Assembly (NCBI GenBank): GCA_963757935.1
Contig: CAVWSZ010000002.1
Span: 823-64,822 of the forward strand
From: an uncultured Bacteroidales bacterium
Lineage (GTDB): Bacteria > Bacteroidota > Bacteroidia > Bacteroidales > VadinHA17
Reading direction: 5' to 3'
Length of the DNA: 64,000 nt
Shown here: positions 51,367 through 64,000 of the stretch, piece by piece
Layout: each line of letters starts with the position of its first letter
How positions within the stretch are numbered: position 1 is the stretch's first letter
The notes under the pieces: generated by a model
What the model was told of the DNA's origin: nothing
Seen by the model: the letters and a program-made list of their open reading frames with translations, nothing else
Databases searched by the model: none
Translations under genes and position numbers: made by a program

Positions 51367-53449
51367 ATGAGTACAAAACAAAATACAAGCCTTTTCAATA
51401 AAAAGATATTATTACAGGCTGTAAAAGACAGTGTAATCAAATTAAATCCTGCTTTACTGATTAAAAATCCTGTCATTTTTATTGTGGCAATTGGTTCTCT
51501 TCTTACAACAATTATAGTGTTTGCAGGTATTTTTCAGGGTAATTTTTCATCTTTCAACCTTCAGATAGCTATCTGGCTTTGGTTTACTGTGTTGTTTGCC
51601 AATTTCTCTGAAGCTATTGCCGAAGGCAGGGGAAAAGCCCAGGCTGATAGTCTGCGAAAAAACCGTACACAAACAAAAGCCCGTAAAATTGTTGGCAAAC
51701 AGGAAGTTTCGGTATTTGCAACAGAACTTAAAAAAGGTGATATTGTATTTGTGAAGCCGGTGATGTAATTCCTTCTGATGGAGAAGTTATTGAAGGTATT
51801 GCAAGTGTTGACGAATCGGCAATAACAGGTGAATCAGCCCCGGTAATCCGCGAAAGCGGAGGCGACCGTTCAGCAGTTACCGGAGGGACAAAAGTAATCA
51901 GCGACCGGATTTTAATCCGCATTACAACTGAACCAGGTAATACATTTATCGACCGTATGATTGCATTGGTTGAAGGAGCAAAACGACAGAAAACACCTAA
52001 TGAAATTGCACTTGTCATTCTTCTTTCAGGTTTGTCAATTATTTTTCTTCTGGTAGTTGTTACACTTCCTGCATTCTTCGGATACAGCCTTACGGCTTCA
52101 GGTTTACCAATGTCTCAAAACTTAACAATTCCTGTATTAATTGCTTTGTTGGTTTGTCTTATTCCTACAACTATTGGAGGTTTGCTGAGTGCAATTGGAA
52201 TAAGCGGAATGGACAGGCTTATTCAGCGAAATGTTATTGCTACCAGTGGCGTGCTATTGAAGCTGCCGGAGATGTTGATGTGCTTTTACTCGATAAAACA
52301 GGAACAATTACTTTGGGTAACCGTATGGCAACTGATTTTATTCCTGCTGAAGGTGTAACGGTTGAAGAACTTGCCGATGCTGCACAGCTTTCATCATTAT
52401 CAGACGAAACACCCGAAGGACGTTCAATTGTTATTCTTGCTAAAGAAAAATTCAATATTCGTGGTCGTGAAGTTCATCAGCTCAATGCAACATTTATTCC
52501 TTTTACAGCACAATCGAGAATGAGCGGTGTTGATTATAAAACTGATGATGGTACAATGCATCAGTATCCGTAAAGGTTCATCAGAAGCTATTCGCACATT
52601 TATACAAAACAATAATGGTTTTTATCCTCAGAAAATTCAAGAATATTGTTTCCGATCTGGCACGACAGGGGGCAACACCTCTGGTTGTTGCAGAAGATAA
52701 CAAAGTTCTTAGGAGTTATTCATCTTAAAGATATTGTAAAAGGTGGTATCAAACAGCGTTTTGCCGAACTTACGGAAAATGGGTATTAAAACTGTAATGA
52801 TTACCGGTGATAATCCATTAACTGCAGCTGCTATTGCTGCTGAAGCCGGTGTTGATGATTTTATGGCTGAAGCAAAACCCGAAGATAAATTGCGCCGTAT
52901 CCGTGAAGAACAGGCAAATGGACATCTGGTTGGAATGATTGGCGATGGCACAAATGATGCCCCTGCACTTGCACAGGCTGATATTGGTATTGCAATGAAC
53001 TCAGGTACCCAGGCAGCCCGTGAAGCCGGAAATATGGTTGATCTCGACAGTAATCCAACAAAATTAATTGAAGTTGTGGAAGTAGGCAAACAATTACTTA
53101 TGACCCGTGGCTCACTTACAACTTTTAGTATTGCCAATGATGTGGCAAAATATTTTGCCATTATTCCTGCTATTGCTATTTCACTTTATTCAGGCACAAA
53201 CGGAATTGGCCCTCTTTCTGTCCTTAATATTATGAATCTGGGTTCACCTCAAAGTGCTATTCTGAGTGCAGTAATTTTTAATGCTATTATCATTATTCTT
53301 ATTAGTCCCACTGGCATTAAAAGGTGTTCGCTACCGACCTGTTTCAGCCAATGCAGCATTAACCCGAAACCTGCTTATTTTTGGTTTAGGTGGTATTATT
53401 GCTCCATTTATTGGAATTAAACTTATTGATATTCTTAATTAACCTGTAA
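51367..53449 (+). CDS. kdpB: K+-transporting P-type ATPase subunit B (multiple frameshifts)
   Basis: [48 protein letters not shown]. Confidence 0.92.
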
Positions 53450-53465
53450 ATACAATATAACAATA

Positions 53466-54065
53466 ATGAAAACATATCATTATATCATTGAAAATATTTC
53501 TGTTTTTTACAATTTTAACAGGAATTATTTACCCTCTTTTTGTTACAGGAATTGCACAGGTTGTATTTCCTGCAAAAGCAAATGGAAGTTTAATTATAAA
53601 AGACAATAAAATAATTGGAAGTGAACTGATCGGACAGCAATTTGATAGTGCATATTTATTTTACTTCACGGCCTTCAGCTATTTCATATAATCCATTGCC
53701 TTCAGGAGGTTCAAATTATGGATTAACAAATGCAAAATTGAAAAATCTTGTTGACAGAACGCAAAAAACAATTCATTGCTTTTAATCAATTAGACAGTCT
53801 TACTGTAATATCCCTCCGAAATGCTTTTTGCATCAGCAAGCGGACTCGATCCGCATATTTCTCCAGAAGGCAGCATTATTGCAGGTTGACCGGATTGCAA
53901 AAGCCCGAAATTTCAATGATAACCAAAAGCAAAACTTGATTCAAAGTGTAAAAGACCTTACTGAAACACCTCAGTTTATCAGTTCTTGGTGAAGAAAGAA
54001 TTAATGTATTGATTTTAAACCTTGAACTTGATAAACTTGACCAGAACATTACAAATAACAAATAA
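53466..54065 (+). CDS. kdpC: K+-transporting ATPase subunit C (frameshifted)
   Basis: [39 protein letters not shown] in different frames. Confidence 0.85.
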
Positions 54066-54078
54066 AATCGATAATATT

Positions 54079-54975
54079 ATGAAAACTTCAATCCGCAGCA
54101 AAAGATTTACAATGGGAATGATACTTTTCCTGGTAATCATTTTATTGTTATCAATCTCCTCTGCTTATTATCTGAACAGGCTGTCAGATAAAACAAGTGC
54201 AATCCTCAAAGAAAACCATTATTCGTTGTTTATGCCCGGGACATGTCAGAAGACCTGACAAATATTAATCAGGAAATTATTAATTGCTTTTCTGACAAAC
54301 AAAAATCCTGATACTTCGATTATTAACAAGGAGTTTAAGCTATTTAACAAATCACTTGAATTAGAAAAAAATAATATAACAGAACCTGGTGAAGATAAAC
54401 TTGTATCTGATATTGAAACAGATTATAATGAATACCGCGATTCTGTTTTAAAATTTATAAAATCGCCAAATCCAGTTACTAAGGTTCTTTACCTGCAAAA
54501 GAAATTTGACAATCTTTACCAGACAATTGATGCTTTTGTCTCAAATGAACGAGAAAGCCATTGAAGAAAAAACTGATGATGCTAAAGTTTCAGCAAAAAA
54601 GTGCTACCTTACAAATGACATTTATTGGAACCTTATGTTTTTTGATTGCATATGGTTTTACTTTTATCTTTTCATCATATTTCAATGAACGGTTTTTTCA
54701 ATTGTATAATGGAATAAAAGAAATTGTTTCCAGCAATTACAACCAAAGGCTTTATTTTGATGGGAATGATGAATTCTACGAAATTTCATTGATTTTTAAT
54801 GAAATGGCAGAGAAATTAAAGAAAAACAAGCAGAAAATGTCTGTAACTTTACATGAAGAATCAGTGAAAAGATATAATCTCTAATGATATTGAGGAGTTG
54901 AAAAAGATTCTGTTCCAGATTAAAAGTATTGAAGAACAGGCCACAGCATTAATTTCCAAATTTGAAAAAAAGTAA
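54079..54975 (+). CDS. Membrane protein TM-four-helix-bundle-TM-HAMP, no kinase domain (frameshifted)
   Basis: N-terminal TM, ILKENHYS, EKNNITEPGE, second TM, HAMP-like NDEFYEISLIFNEMAEKL; short tail without an H-box. Confidence 0.6.
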
Positions 54976-54981
54976 TATTAT

Positions 54982-57678
54982 ATGGACTTTAATGACAATC
55001 GTCCAGATCCTGATGAACTTTTGGCTTCTTTAAAACTTGAGGAAGAAAAAAGCAAACGGGGCAAACTGAAAATATTCTTCGGTATGTGTGCCGGTGTGGG
55101 TAAAACATATACTATGCTTCAAACAGCACAGGCTGAGAAATTAAAAGGAAATGATATTATTATTGGTTATGTTGAAACACACAACCGAAAGGAAACTGCT
55201 GAACTGGTAGAGGGTTTTGAAGTGATTCCCCGTAAAACCTACCAGTACAAATCTACTACTGTTCAGGAAATGGATCTGGATGCAATAATTGCCACGAAAG
55301 CCACAGATTGTACTGGTTGATGAACTTGCACATACAAATGCCCCCGGAAGCCGACATACAAAAAGGTTTCAGGATGTTCTGGAAATTCTTGATAATGGAA
55401 TTAATGTTTATACTACTGTAAATGTTCAGCATCTCGAAAGCCGTTCAGATACTGTTGCACAGATTACAGGTATAATTGTCAGGGAAACTATTCCTGATGA
55501 AATTTTTGAAAATGCTGATGAAATTGAAGTTATTGACCTTACTCCTGATGAACTGCTGCAAAGACTTTCTGAAGGTAAAGTATATACACCTGAACGATCA
55601 AAAGAAGCTATCGAGAGTTTTTTCCGCAAAGGAAATATTACAGCTTTGCGTGAAATGGCATTGCGAATAGTTGCCGACCGGGTGGATAAACAGCTGCATG
55701 AATACATGCAGCTTAAGCGTATTAAAGGTCCATGGAAATCAGGATTACATCTGTTGGTTGCAGTAAGTCATACCCAGCAATCTGCCAAATTACTCCGATG
55801 GGCTAAAAACCTTTCTTATACAATGGGTGCAGATCTGCAGGCAGTCTATGTTGAAACCTCATACAAACTTAATCCAAAAGAAAGTGAACAACTAAATAAG
55901 AATATCAACCTTGCCAGACAGTTAGGTATTAAAGTTCCGTATTGTTACCAATAGTGATATGGTTAAAGCAATTGTGGATTTTGCCCAAAAAGAAAATATT
56001 ACACATATAATTATTGGTAAACCACGTGTACGTAATCTGTTGACACTTTTGCGGCTTGGTAACTTTGTGAACAGGCTTATCCGTTATAGCGGAAATATTG
56101 ATGTTTATATTCTTGGTTCTGATATTCAGTCAAAAGACAAGTTTAAGGAAAAAGTCTCTCTGCCATCATTCACTTCAAATATCAGTCAATATTTTACTGC
56201 TTCATTAATAGTTATACTTACATGCTATTATCTGTTTTTCTATTAAAGAATTTATTGGTTATCAGGTTGTTTCATTTGCTTTATTGTTTGTTGTTTCAAC
56301 ACTTGCATTCTTCTTTGGTACAGGACCAATTTTGCTGTCTGCAACATTGAGCGCCCTTATCTGGGATTTCTTTTTTATACCACCACCCTATACTCTGCAT
56401 GTCGATAAACCTGAAGATATGCTTATGCTGATAATGTTTTTCATCATTGCATTGCTAAGCGGAGTACTGACATCAAGGATAAAAAGACAGGAGATGAAGA
56501 TCAGGATACGTGAGGAACGTACAAATGCCCTTTACCAGCTTACCAGAGAACTTTCCACAGCTACAGGTATCGATGAGGTTATTAATATTGCCAAAAACGA
56601 TATTAAAAAATATTTTAACCTTAATAGCCGGATCTTACTTAAAAATGATACAAACCAGCTTGATTACCACAAGTCAGAATGATGCAGACATCAATCTTTC
56701 AAAAAACGATATGAGTGTTGCAGAATGGACATTCCAGCACTCTGCCAAAGCCGGAAAGCATACCGATACTTTACCATCCAGCCAATTATACATTTTATCC
56801 TTTAAAAGGAAATCAGATGAATCTTGGGGTTATTGCAATTCAACAGGAAATGTTTTCACCCAGGGAGAAGAGCAATTCTGGGAGGCATTTATTTCCCAGA
56901 TATCAGGAAAGTTCGAACGGGAATATCTTCGTAATATGGCTAAACAGGCTTTTTTGCTAAATGAATCCGACAAACTTTACAAAACACTTTTTAACTCCAT
57001 ATCACATGAGCTGCGAATTCCTGTTGCAACAATTATGGGTGCTTCCGATTCTCTGCTTACAACACAACATCCTGAGGAAATACGGAAAGAACTTTCTCAT
57101 GAAATATTCAAGGCATCAAAAAGATTAAACCGTCTTATTGAAAATCTCCTGAATATGTCGAGACTCGAAAGCGGCAGGATTACTCCACGGCTTGATTGGT
57201 GTGATATTCATGATCTGATAAATAAAGTTACTGAAAACCTGCAGGATGAACTTAAACCATTTCAGACTTCATGTTGTTATTCCTGATGATATGCCTTTTG
57301 TAAAGATCGACTTCGGATTAATGGAACAGGTACTCTATAACCTGATTTATAATGCCACCCAGTATGCTTCTGCTTCAACAAATCTGAGAGTTAAAGCATT
57401 CTATGACAATGGAATACTGACATTTACAGGTTATGGACAGAGGTCCGGGTTTCCCAGAGAAAGAAATATCTCTTATATTTAATAAGTTTTACAGGGTTGA
57501 AGGATCAAAAGCAGGAGGTACAGGATTGGGTCTTTCAATTGCAAAAGGATTTGTTGAAGCTCATAAAGGAACAATAACTGTTGAAAACAGGCAAAATGGA
57601 GGAGCAAAATTTACAATTAAAATACCAACTGAAATACTTCCAGGCAGATTTAAAGGGATAACAGAATTCAATATATGA
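54982..57678 (+). CDS. kdpD: Sensor histidine kinase KdpD (multiple frameshifts)
   Basis: RPDPDELL, GKLKIFFGMCAGVGKT, LVDELAHTN, USP region, 4-TM WDFFFIPP, SISHELRIP, GTGLGLSI. Confidence 0.9.
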
Positions 57679-57746
57679 ATTTATCCGAAACAATATTGAT
57701 TATTGATGATGAAGTGCAAATCCGGCGTTTGCTTGAAATCAACCTC
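57675..57746 (+). pseudogene. kdpE: Truncated response regulator KdpE (first ~24 codons only)
   Basis: MNLSETILIIDDEVQIRRLLEINL overlaps the kdpD stop, then the sequence no longer resembles a receiver domain. Confidence 0.8.
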
Positions 57747-57882
57747 TCATTCTATGTTAATATTCATTGTGGTACCGGAGTAGCCGTGAAGGAATATTTG
57801 GCTGATGTCTTGCCTTCTGATTATGTTACTTTTGTGGCTGAGAATCCACGCAGTGTAATTTAATACTAAAACATTTCAAATA

Positions 57883-59403
57883 ATGGTCAACTGTAAATAC
57901 TTGAATTTTTATGCACTGGTGTTCATTATCCTGACATCTGTTTCCGGCTCATCATGCCGGAGGATTTCTTCAATTGATCTACTGACGGCTGATGACAGTA
58001 GTATCCGGGTTGCATCGGCTGATACACTTTTGGTTTCGATATTTAACTGGGCCAGGGAAACATCCGATGGTTATGTTGGAATGGACAGTGACCCTGTCGG
58101 GCCCTGGTATGAGGCAGCATTACCCGGACGTGAGGCATTTTGTATCCGTGATGTCAGCCATCAAAGTATTGGTGCTGAGATTCTCTGGCAGGGAAAGCAA
58201 AACCTGAATATGTTCCGGAAATTTGTCGAAAATATTTCGGAGGAGAAAGATTATTGTTCTTACTGGGAAATCAACCGGTACAATAAACCTGCCCCTGTAG
58301 ATTATGCATCGGATGATGATTTCTGGTACAACCTGAATGCCAACTTCGATATAATTGATGCATGTTACAGGCTTTACGAATGGACTGGCAACAAAACATA
58401 CCTTACTGATCCGGCGTTCGACCGGTTTTTCATGCTTACGCTTAATCAGTATGTCGAGCGCTGGCAACTACAGCCTGAGCTGATCATGGACCGACCGGCC
58501 TTCATGAACCTCAAACCCGCTACAACCAGGTACCGGTTCGCACGGGGTATACCTTCGTATGATGAGCAACAGGATGACATTTCAGTCAGTGGCGACCTTA
58601 TCGGAATGGTATACAACGGGTTCATGACCTACGCAAAAATCCTGAAAGTTACAGGTCGCGCAGAGATGAGCATCCCATATGAAGAAAAGGCCGGGCAATA
58701 CCGGCAACTTATCGATTCGCTATGGTGGGACAAAGAGAATAATGCATATTTCGGCTTTTACAAGAAAACAGATGGTAAATTTTATTCCGGTGGCGTCAGC
58801 AACAGTGAATTCCTGCTCTGGTACAATGTAATCTCCGACCCGGTTCGCATCGAAAAATCAATGCTCGAGCTTCAGAATTCCCAGGTGGAAGTGCTCTCCT
58901 ATCTGCCTATGCTTTTTTACCGGTACGGATACAACCAGTATGCCTATGACTTCCTGAAGAGGATCTATTATGATAAACGGAGGATGTATCCCGAGGCCTC
59001 CAGCGGGGCGATCGAAGGGATTGTTCGCGGTATGCTGGGAGTTGAACCGCTGGCATCAGAAAACAGGATCACAACATGCCCCAGGCTGATACCGGAAACG
59101 AATTGGATAACAGTTGAGAATATTCCTGTTTTCAGTGGATTGATATCAGTGAGACATGAATCATCAGGCAAAACCAGCTTCGCTAATAAATCAGAGAAGG
59201 AAATTATCTGGAGGGCTGCTTTCCAGGGGGCCTTCCGGGAGATCATAGTTAATGGTAAAGCAATGCCTGCCGGACAATTTTCGGACTCAACAGGCAACAT
59301 TCACAGTTATGTTGATATAGAAGTGAAAGCAAAATCGCAGCATACAGCACAGGCACATCTTCCGCCCGTTGCCAATCTTACTTTCCACATCCGGCGAAAA
59401 TAG
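57883..59403 (+). CDS. Exported protein, probable (alpha/alpha)6 glycoside hydrolase-like fold
   Basis: Signal/lipoprotein-like N-terminus; RDVSHQ, YEWTGNKTYL, YPEASSGAIEGIVRGMLGVEP followed by a beta-rich tail. Confidence 0.5.
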   Translation: MVNCKYLNFYALVFIILTSVSGSSCRRISSIDLLTADDSSIRVASADTLLVSIFNWARETSDGYVGMDSDPVGPWYEAALPGREAFCIRDVSHQSIGAEILWQGKQNLNMFRKFVENISEEKDYCSYWEINRYNKPAPVDYASDDDFWYNLNANFDIIDACYRLYEWTGNKTYLTDPAFDRFFMLTLNQYVERWQLQPELIMDRPAFMNLKPATTRYRFARGIPSYDEQQDDISVSGDLIGMVYNGFMTYAKILKVTGRAEMSIPYEEKAGQYRQLIDSLWWDKENNAYFGFYKKTDGKFYSGGVSNSEFLLWYNVISDPVRIEKSMLELQNSQVEVLSYLPMLFYRYGYNQYAYDFLKRIYYDKRRMYPEASSGAIEGIVRGMLGVEPLASENRITTCPRLIPETNWITVENIPVFSGLISVRHESSGKTSFANKSEKEIIWRAAFQGAFREIIVNGKAMPAGQFSDSTGNIHSYVDIEVKAKSQHTAQAHLPPVANLTFHIRRK

Positions 59404-59438
59404 TCCTGTTTATACTTGACTTGCTTAAATTATTATCT

Positions 59439-59476
59439 TAAATTTGTTGACTATTATAAGAGAATAATTCTCATTA
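59439..59476 (+). promoter_or_regulatory. Promoter (-7 TAAATTTG) and Fur/Per box upstream of fur-katG
   Basis: TAAATTTG at 59439; palindrome GAGAAT-A-ATTCTC (59460-59472) within TAAGAGAATAATTCTCATTA. Confidence 0.6.
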
Positions 59477-59490
59477 GATAATTATGAGTA

Positions 59491-59916
59491 ATGAAAACTA
59501 CTGAATTAAGAGATAAACTCATCGGGAAGGGACTAAAAGTAACTCCACAGAGGATTGCCATTCTGGAGGCTATTATTCAACTCAAAAATCATCCTACTGC
59601 TGATAACATAATTGACTATATCCGAAATTACCATCCAAACATTGCTACAGCAACAGTTTACAAAGTTCTTGATGCTTTGAATGCTAATGGCCTTATAAGA
59701 AAAGTAAAGACCGAAAAGGATGTTATGAGATATGATGCCGTTATGGAAAGACATCATCATTTATATTGCTCCGAATCAGACCGGATTGAGGATTTTGTTG
59801 ATCCTGAGCTCAATCAAATAGTAGAGAAGTATTTCAAAAAGAAGAAGATACCCTATTTTGAGATTGAAGATGTGAGACTTCAAATCATTGGTAAATTTTT
59901 AGATGACAATAAATAA
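59491..59916 (+). CDS. Fur-family transcriptional repressor (PerR-like)
   Basis: KVTPQRIAIL, HPTA, ATVYK, RYD..RHHHLYC; directly upstream of katG. Confidence 0.9.
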   Translation: MKTTELRDKLIGKGLKVTPQRIAILEAIIQLKNHPTADNIIDYIRNYHPNIATATVYKVLDALNANGLIRKVKTEKDVMRYDAVMERHHHLYCSESDRIEDFVDPELNQIVEKYFKKKKIPYFEIEDVRLQIIGKFLDDNK

Positions 59917-59960
59917 TCAAATGCAATTATCATAAGAAATAGACTGAACCTGCTTATTAA

Positions 59961-62282
<2,322 letters not shown>

Positions 62283-62287
62283 GACCA

Positions 62288-62316
62288 CACAAGTCCGGCC
62301 AAAAACCGGACTTGTG
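62288..62316. terminator. Hairpin between katG and the convergent small gene (possibly a bidirectional terminator)
   Basis: 11-bp perfect stem CACAAGTCCGG / CCGGACTTGTG. Confidence 0.6.
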
Positions 62317-62351
62317 ACCCTGCTTTACTACCTGCTGACAGAACCCTGCTT

Positions 62352-62678
62352 CTATTTTATTTTCCGTTTCTGTCCGTCATTTTTCTGCCTGGCAATATGT
62401 TTGCTGGCCCGGTTCTGTTCACGTCTGAGGAACCTTTTTTCAGCCGGAGTTACTGTCCCGTCAGCTTTGGCGATCCTCTTTTCAATCTGAATACATCTCT
62501 GTTCTCTTTCGAGTCTTGCAGCTTCAGATCGTGTAAGTTCGCTGTTCTGAACCCCCTGATCAATCCTTGAGTGCTGTGCTGTTTGCCGTGCTGCTGTGCT
62601 TTTGGTTGCTCTCTGTGCATTTATTAAACCAGTCGATGCAATGAACAACATGACTGCTATTAAAATAATCCTTTTCAT
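62352..62678 (-). CDS. Small exported basic helical protein
   Basis: Signal peptide ending before Gln; RIDQGVQNSELTRSEAARLE..KADGTVTPAEK pattern. Confidence 0.7.
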   Translation of the reverse strand: MKRIILIAVMLFIASTGLINAQRATKSTAARQTAQHSRIDQGVQNSELTRSEAARLEREQRCIQIEKRIAKADGTVTPAEKRFLRREQNRASKHIARQKNDGQKRKIK

Positions 62679-62825
62679 TTTTTTCGTGTTTTAATTGTTG
62701 TATATCTCTTTGATATCATTTACCGGGAAAGGTTTAAAAAGCAACGTAGAAAACTCTTCCTGTTAATCATTAAACTTGATTAAAGCTGTTCATTTATATA
62801 TCTTTACTTATTGTACCAATTTAAG

Positions 62826-63995
62826 ATGAATATATCTTTTCAAAAGCTATTTTATGCTGTGGCCAGCGTAATTGGGATTTTTGCGATCTTAATTTTAGCG
62901 AAAACTATTCTTATTCCTATCGCGTTTGCTTTGTTTATGGCCTTTATTCTGTTTCCGTTGGCGAAGAAGTTCGAGAGATGGGGGATGAATAAAGTATTCG
63001 CTGCTTTTCTCTCCATCTTAACGGTTATATTAGTAATAGGAGGTGGCATTTACCTTTTCTCAACTCAGCTTATCGAGCTATCAAAAGAGTTATCAAACTT
63101 CCAGGATAGAATTATCCGCGCTTTTGCTGACGTCACTTTGTATATCAACAAGAATGTGAATATTATTTCAAATCTGGAGAAAAATGAACTATCCGATAAA
63201 ATCAAGGAGTGGCTTACCCAGTCTTCAGGCTCGCTGGTAAGCAAAACCTTCACAACGTCAACAACTCTTATCGCCGGACTATTTGGAACAATGATTTTTA
63301 CTTTTCTGTTCCTGATTTACAGAGATGGATTTACACAGGCATTTATGAGTTTTTCTCCTGAAGATAAAAGAGAACGGGTCTTTAAGATGTTTAAATCTGT
63401 TCAGCAGGTAGGACAGAAATATTTATCAGGAATGATTCTTCTGATCATCATAATAGGATTGGCAAATAGTATAGGGCTTTGGATTATCGGAATTGACAAT
63501 CCTTTCCTGTTTGGCTTCCTGGGTGCTATTCTGGCCATTGTTCCTTATGTAGGGACAGCTTTGGGAGCTATTATTCCTATCCTGTATGCTTTTGTCTCTT
63601 ATGATTCCCTATGGCCGGTGGTAGCAGTTGCAATTTTATTTTGGGCCGTACAGTTGATTTCGGATAATCTTCTCAGTCCCAAGATTGTTGGAGGAAGTTT
63701 ACGTATCAATGCTTTAGCTTCCATTCTGAGCCTGATTATTGGCGCTCTGGTCTGGGGCGTGGCCGGAATGATTTTGTTCTTGCCGTTTGCTGCAATGCTG
63801 AGGGTTATTTGTGAGGAATTTGACGAACTTAAACCAATTGCACTGTTAATTGGTGACCAGAATAATATTGAATACAATAGTGAGATAAAATTTATCAAAA
63901 GAAGGTTTATTAAGGTCAAAGGCTGGTATTCCAAACTCCATGACGGCATCAAAAAGAAACCGGGAGCCGGAGAGTCAGATAAACCTGTAAAATAG
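62826..63995 (+). CDS. AI-2E family transporter
   Basis: Multiple TMs, AIVPYVG, DNLLSPKIVG, WGVAGMILFLP; start set at ATG 62826. Confidence 0.88.
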   Translation: MNISFQKLFYAVASVIGIFAILILAKTILIPIAFALFMAFILFPLAKKFERWGMNKVFAAFLSILTVILVIGGGIYLFSTQLIELSKELSNFQDRIIRAFADVTLYINKNVNIISNLEKNELSDKIKEWLTQSSGSLVSKTFTTSTTLIAGLFGTMIFTFLFLIYRDGFTQAFMSFSPEDKRERVFKMFKSVQQVGQKYLSGMILLIIIIGLANSIGLWIIGIDNPFLFGFLGAILAIVPYVGTALGAIIPILYAFVSYDSLWPVVAVAILFWAVQLISDNLLSPKIVGGSLRINALASILSLIIGALVWGVAGMILFLPFAAMLRVICEEFDELKPIALLIGDQNNIEYNSEIKFIKRRFIKVKGWYSKLHDGIKKKPGAGESDKPVK

Positions 63996-64000
63996 ACTGT

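Overview
Chromosomal segment of a Bacteroidota (probably Bacteroidales) organism, judged from TAnnTTTG promoters, signal peptides ending before Gln, a long RpsP and typical gene neighbourhoods. Positions 1-36.4 kb are mostly GC-richer core genome: prfB, methylmalonyl-CoA mutase mutA/mutB, recX, prmC, ribD, dnaE-trxA-LOG, rpsP-rimM, dapD-tsaC, an S9 peptidase, hppA and mutL-rhomboid-rhomboid-EEP. This part also carries an exported TPR-caspase gene tightly linked to a beta-propeller/PP2C sensor gene. From about 36.5 kb the DNA is visibly more AT-rich and accessory: a palindrome cluster, an orphan PocR-PAS histidine kinase, and a co-oriented string of hydrolase genes separated by degenerate attC-like sites. 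That string includes an intact CfiA/CcrA-like subclass B1 metallo-beta-lactamase bracketed by complementary GTTAGCTGT and ACAGTTAAC cores. Further right are an unusual, heavily frameshifted kdp operon with a truncated kdpE, then perR/fur-katG and an AI-2E transporter. Many genes carry single-base frameshifts that are most likely assembly errors. No rRNA, tRNA, CRISPR array, integrase or transposase was recognised. All calls are by eye from motifs; no database search was run.
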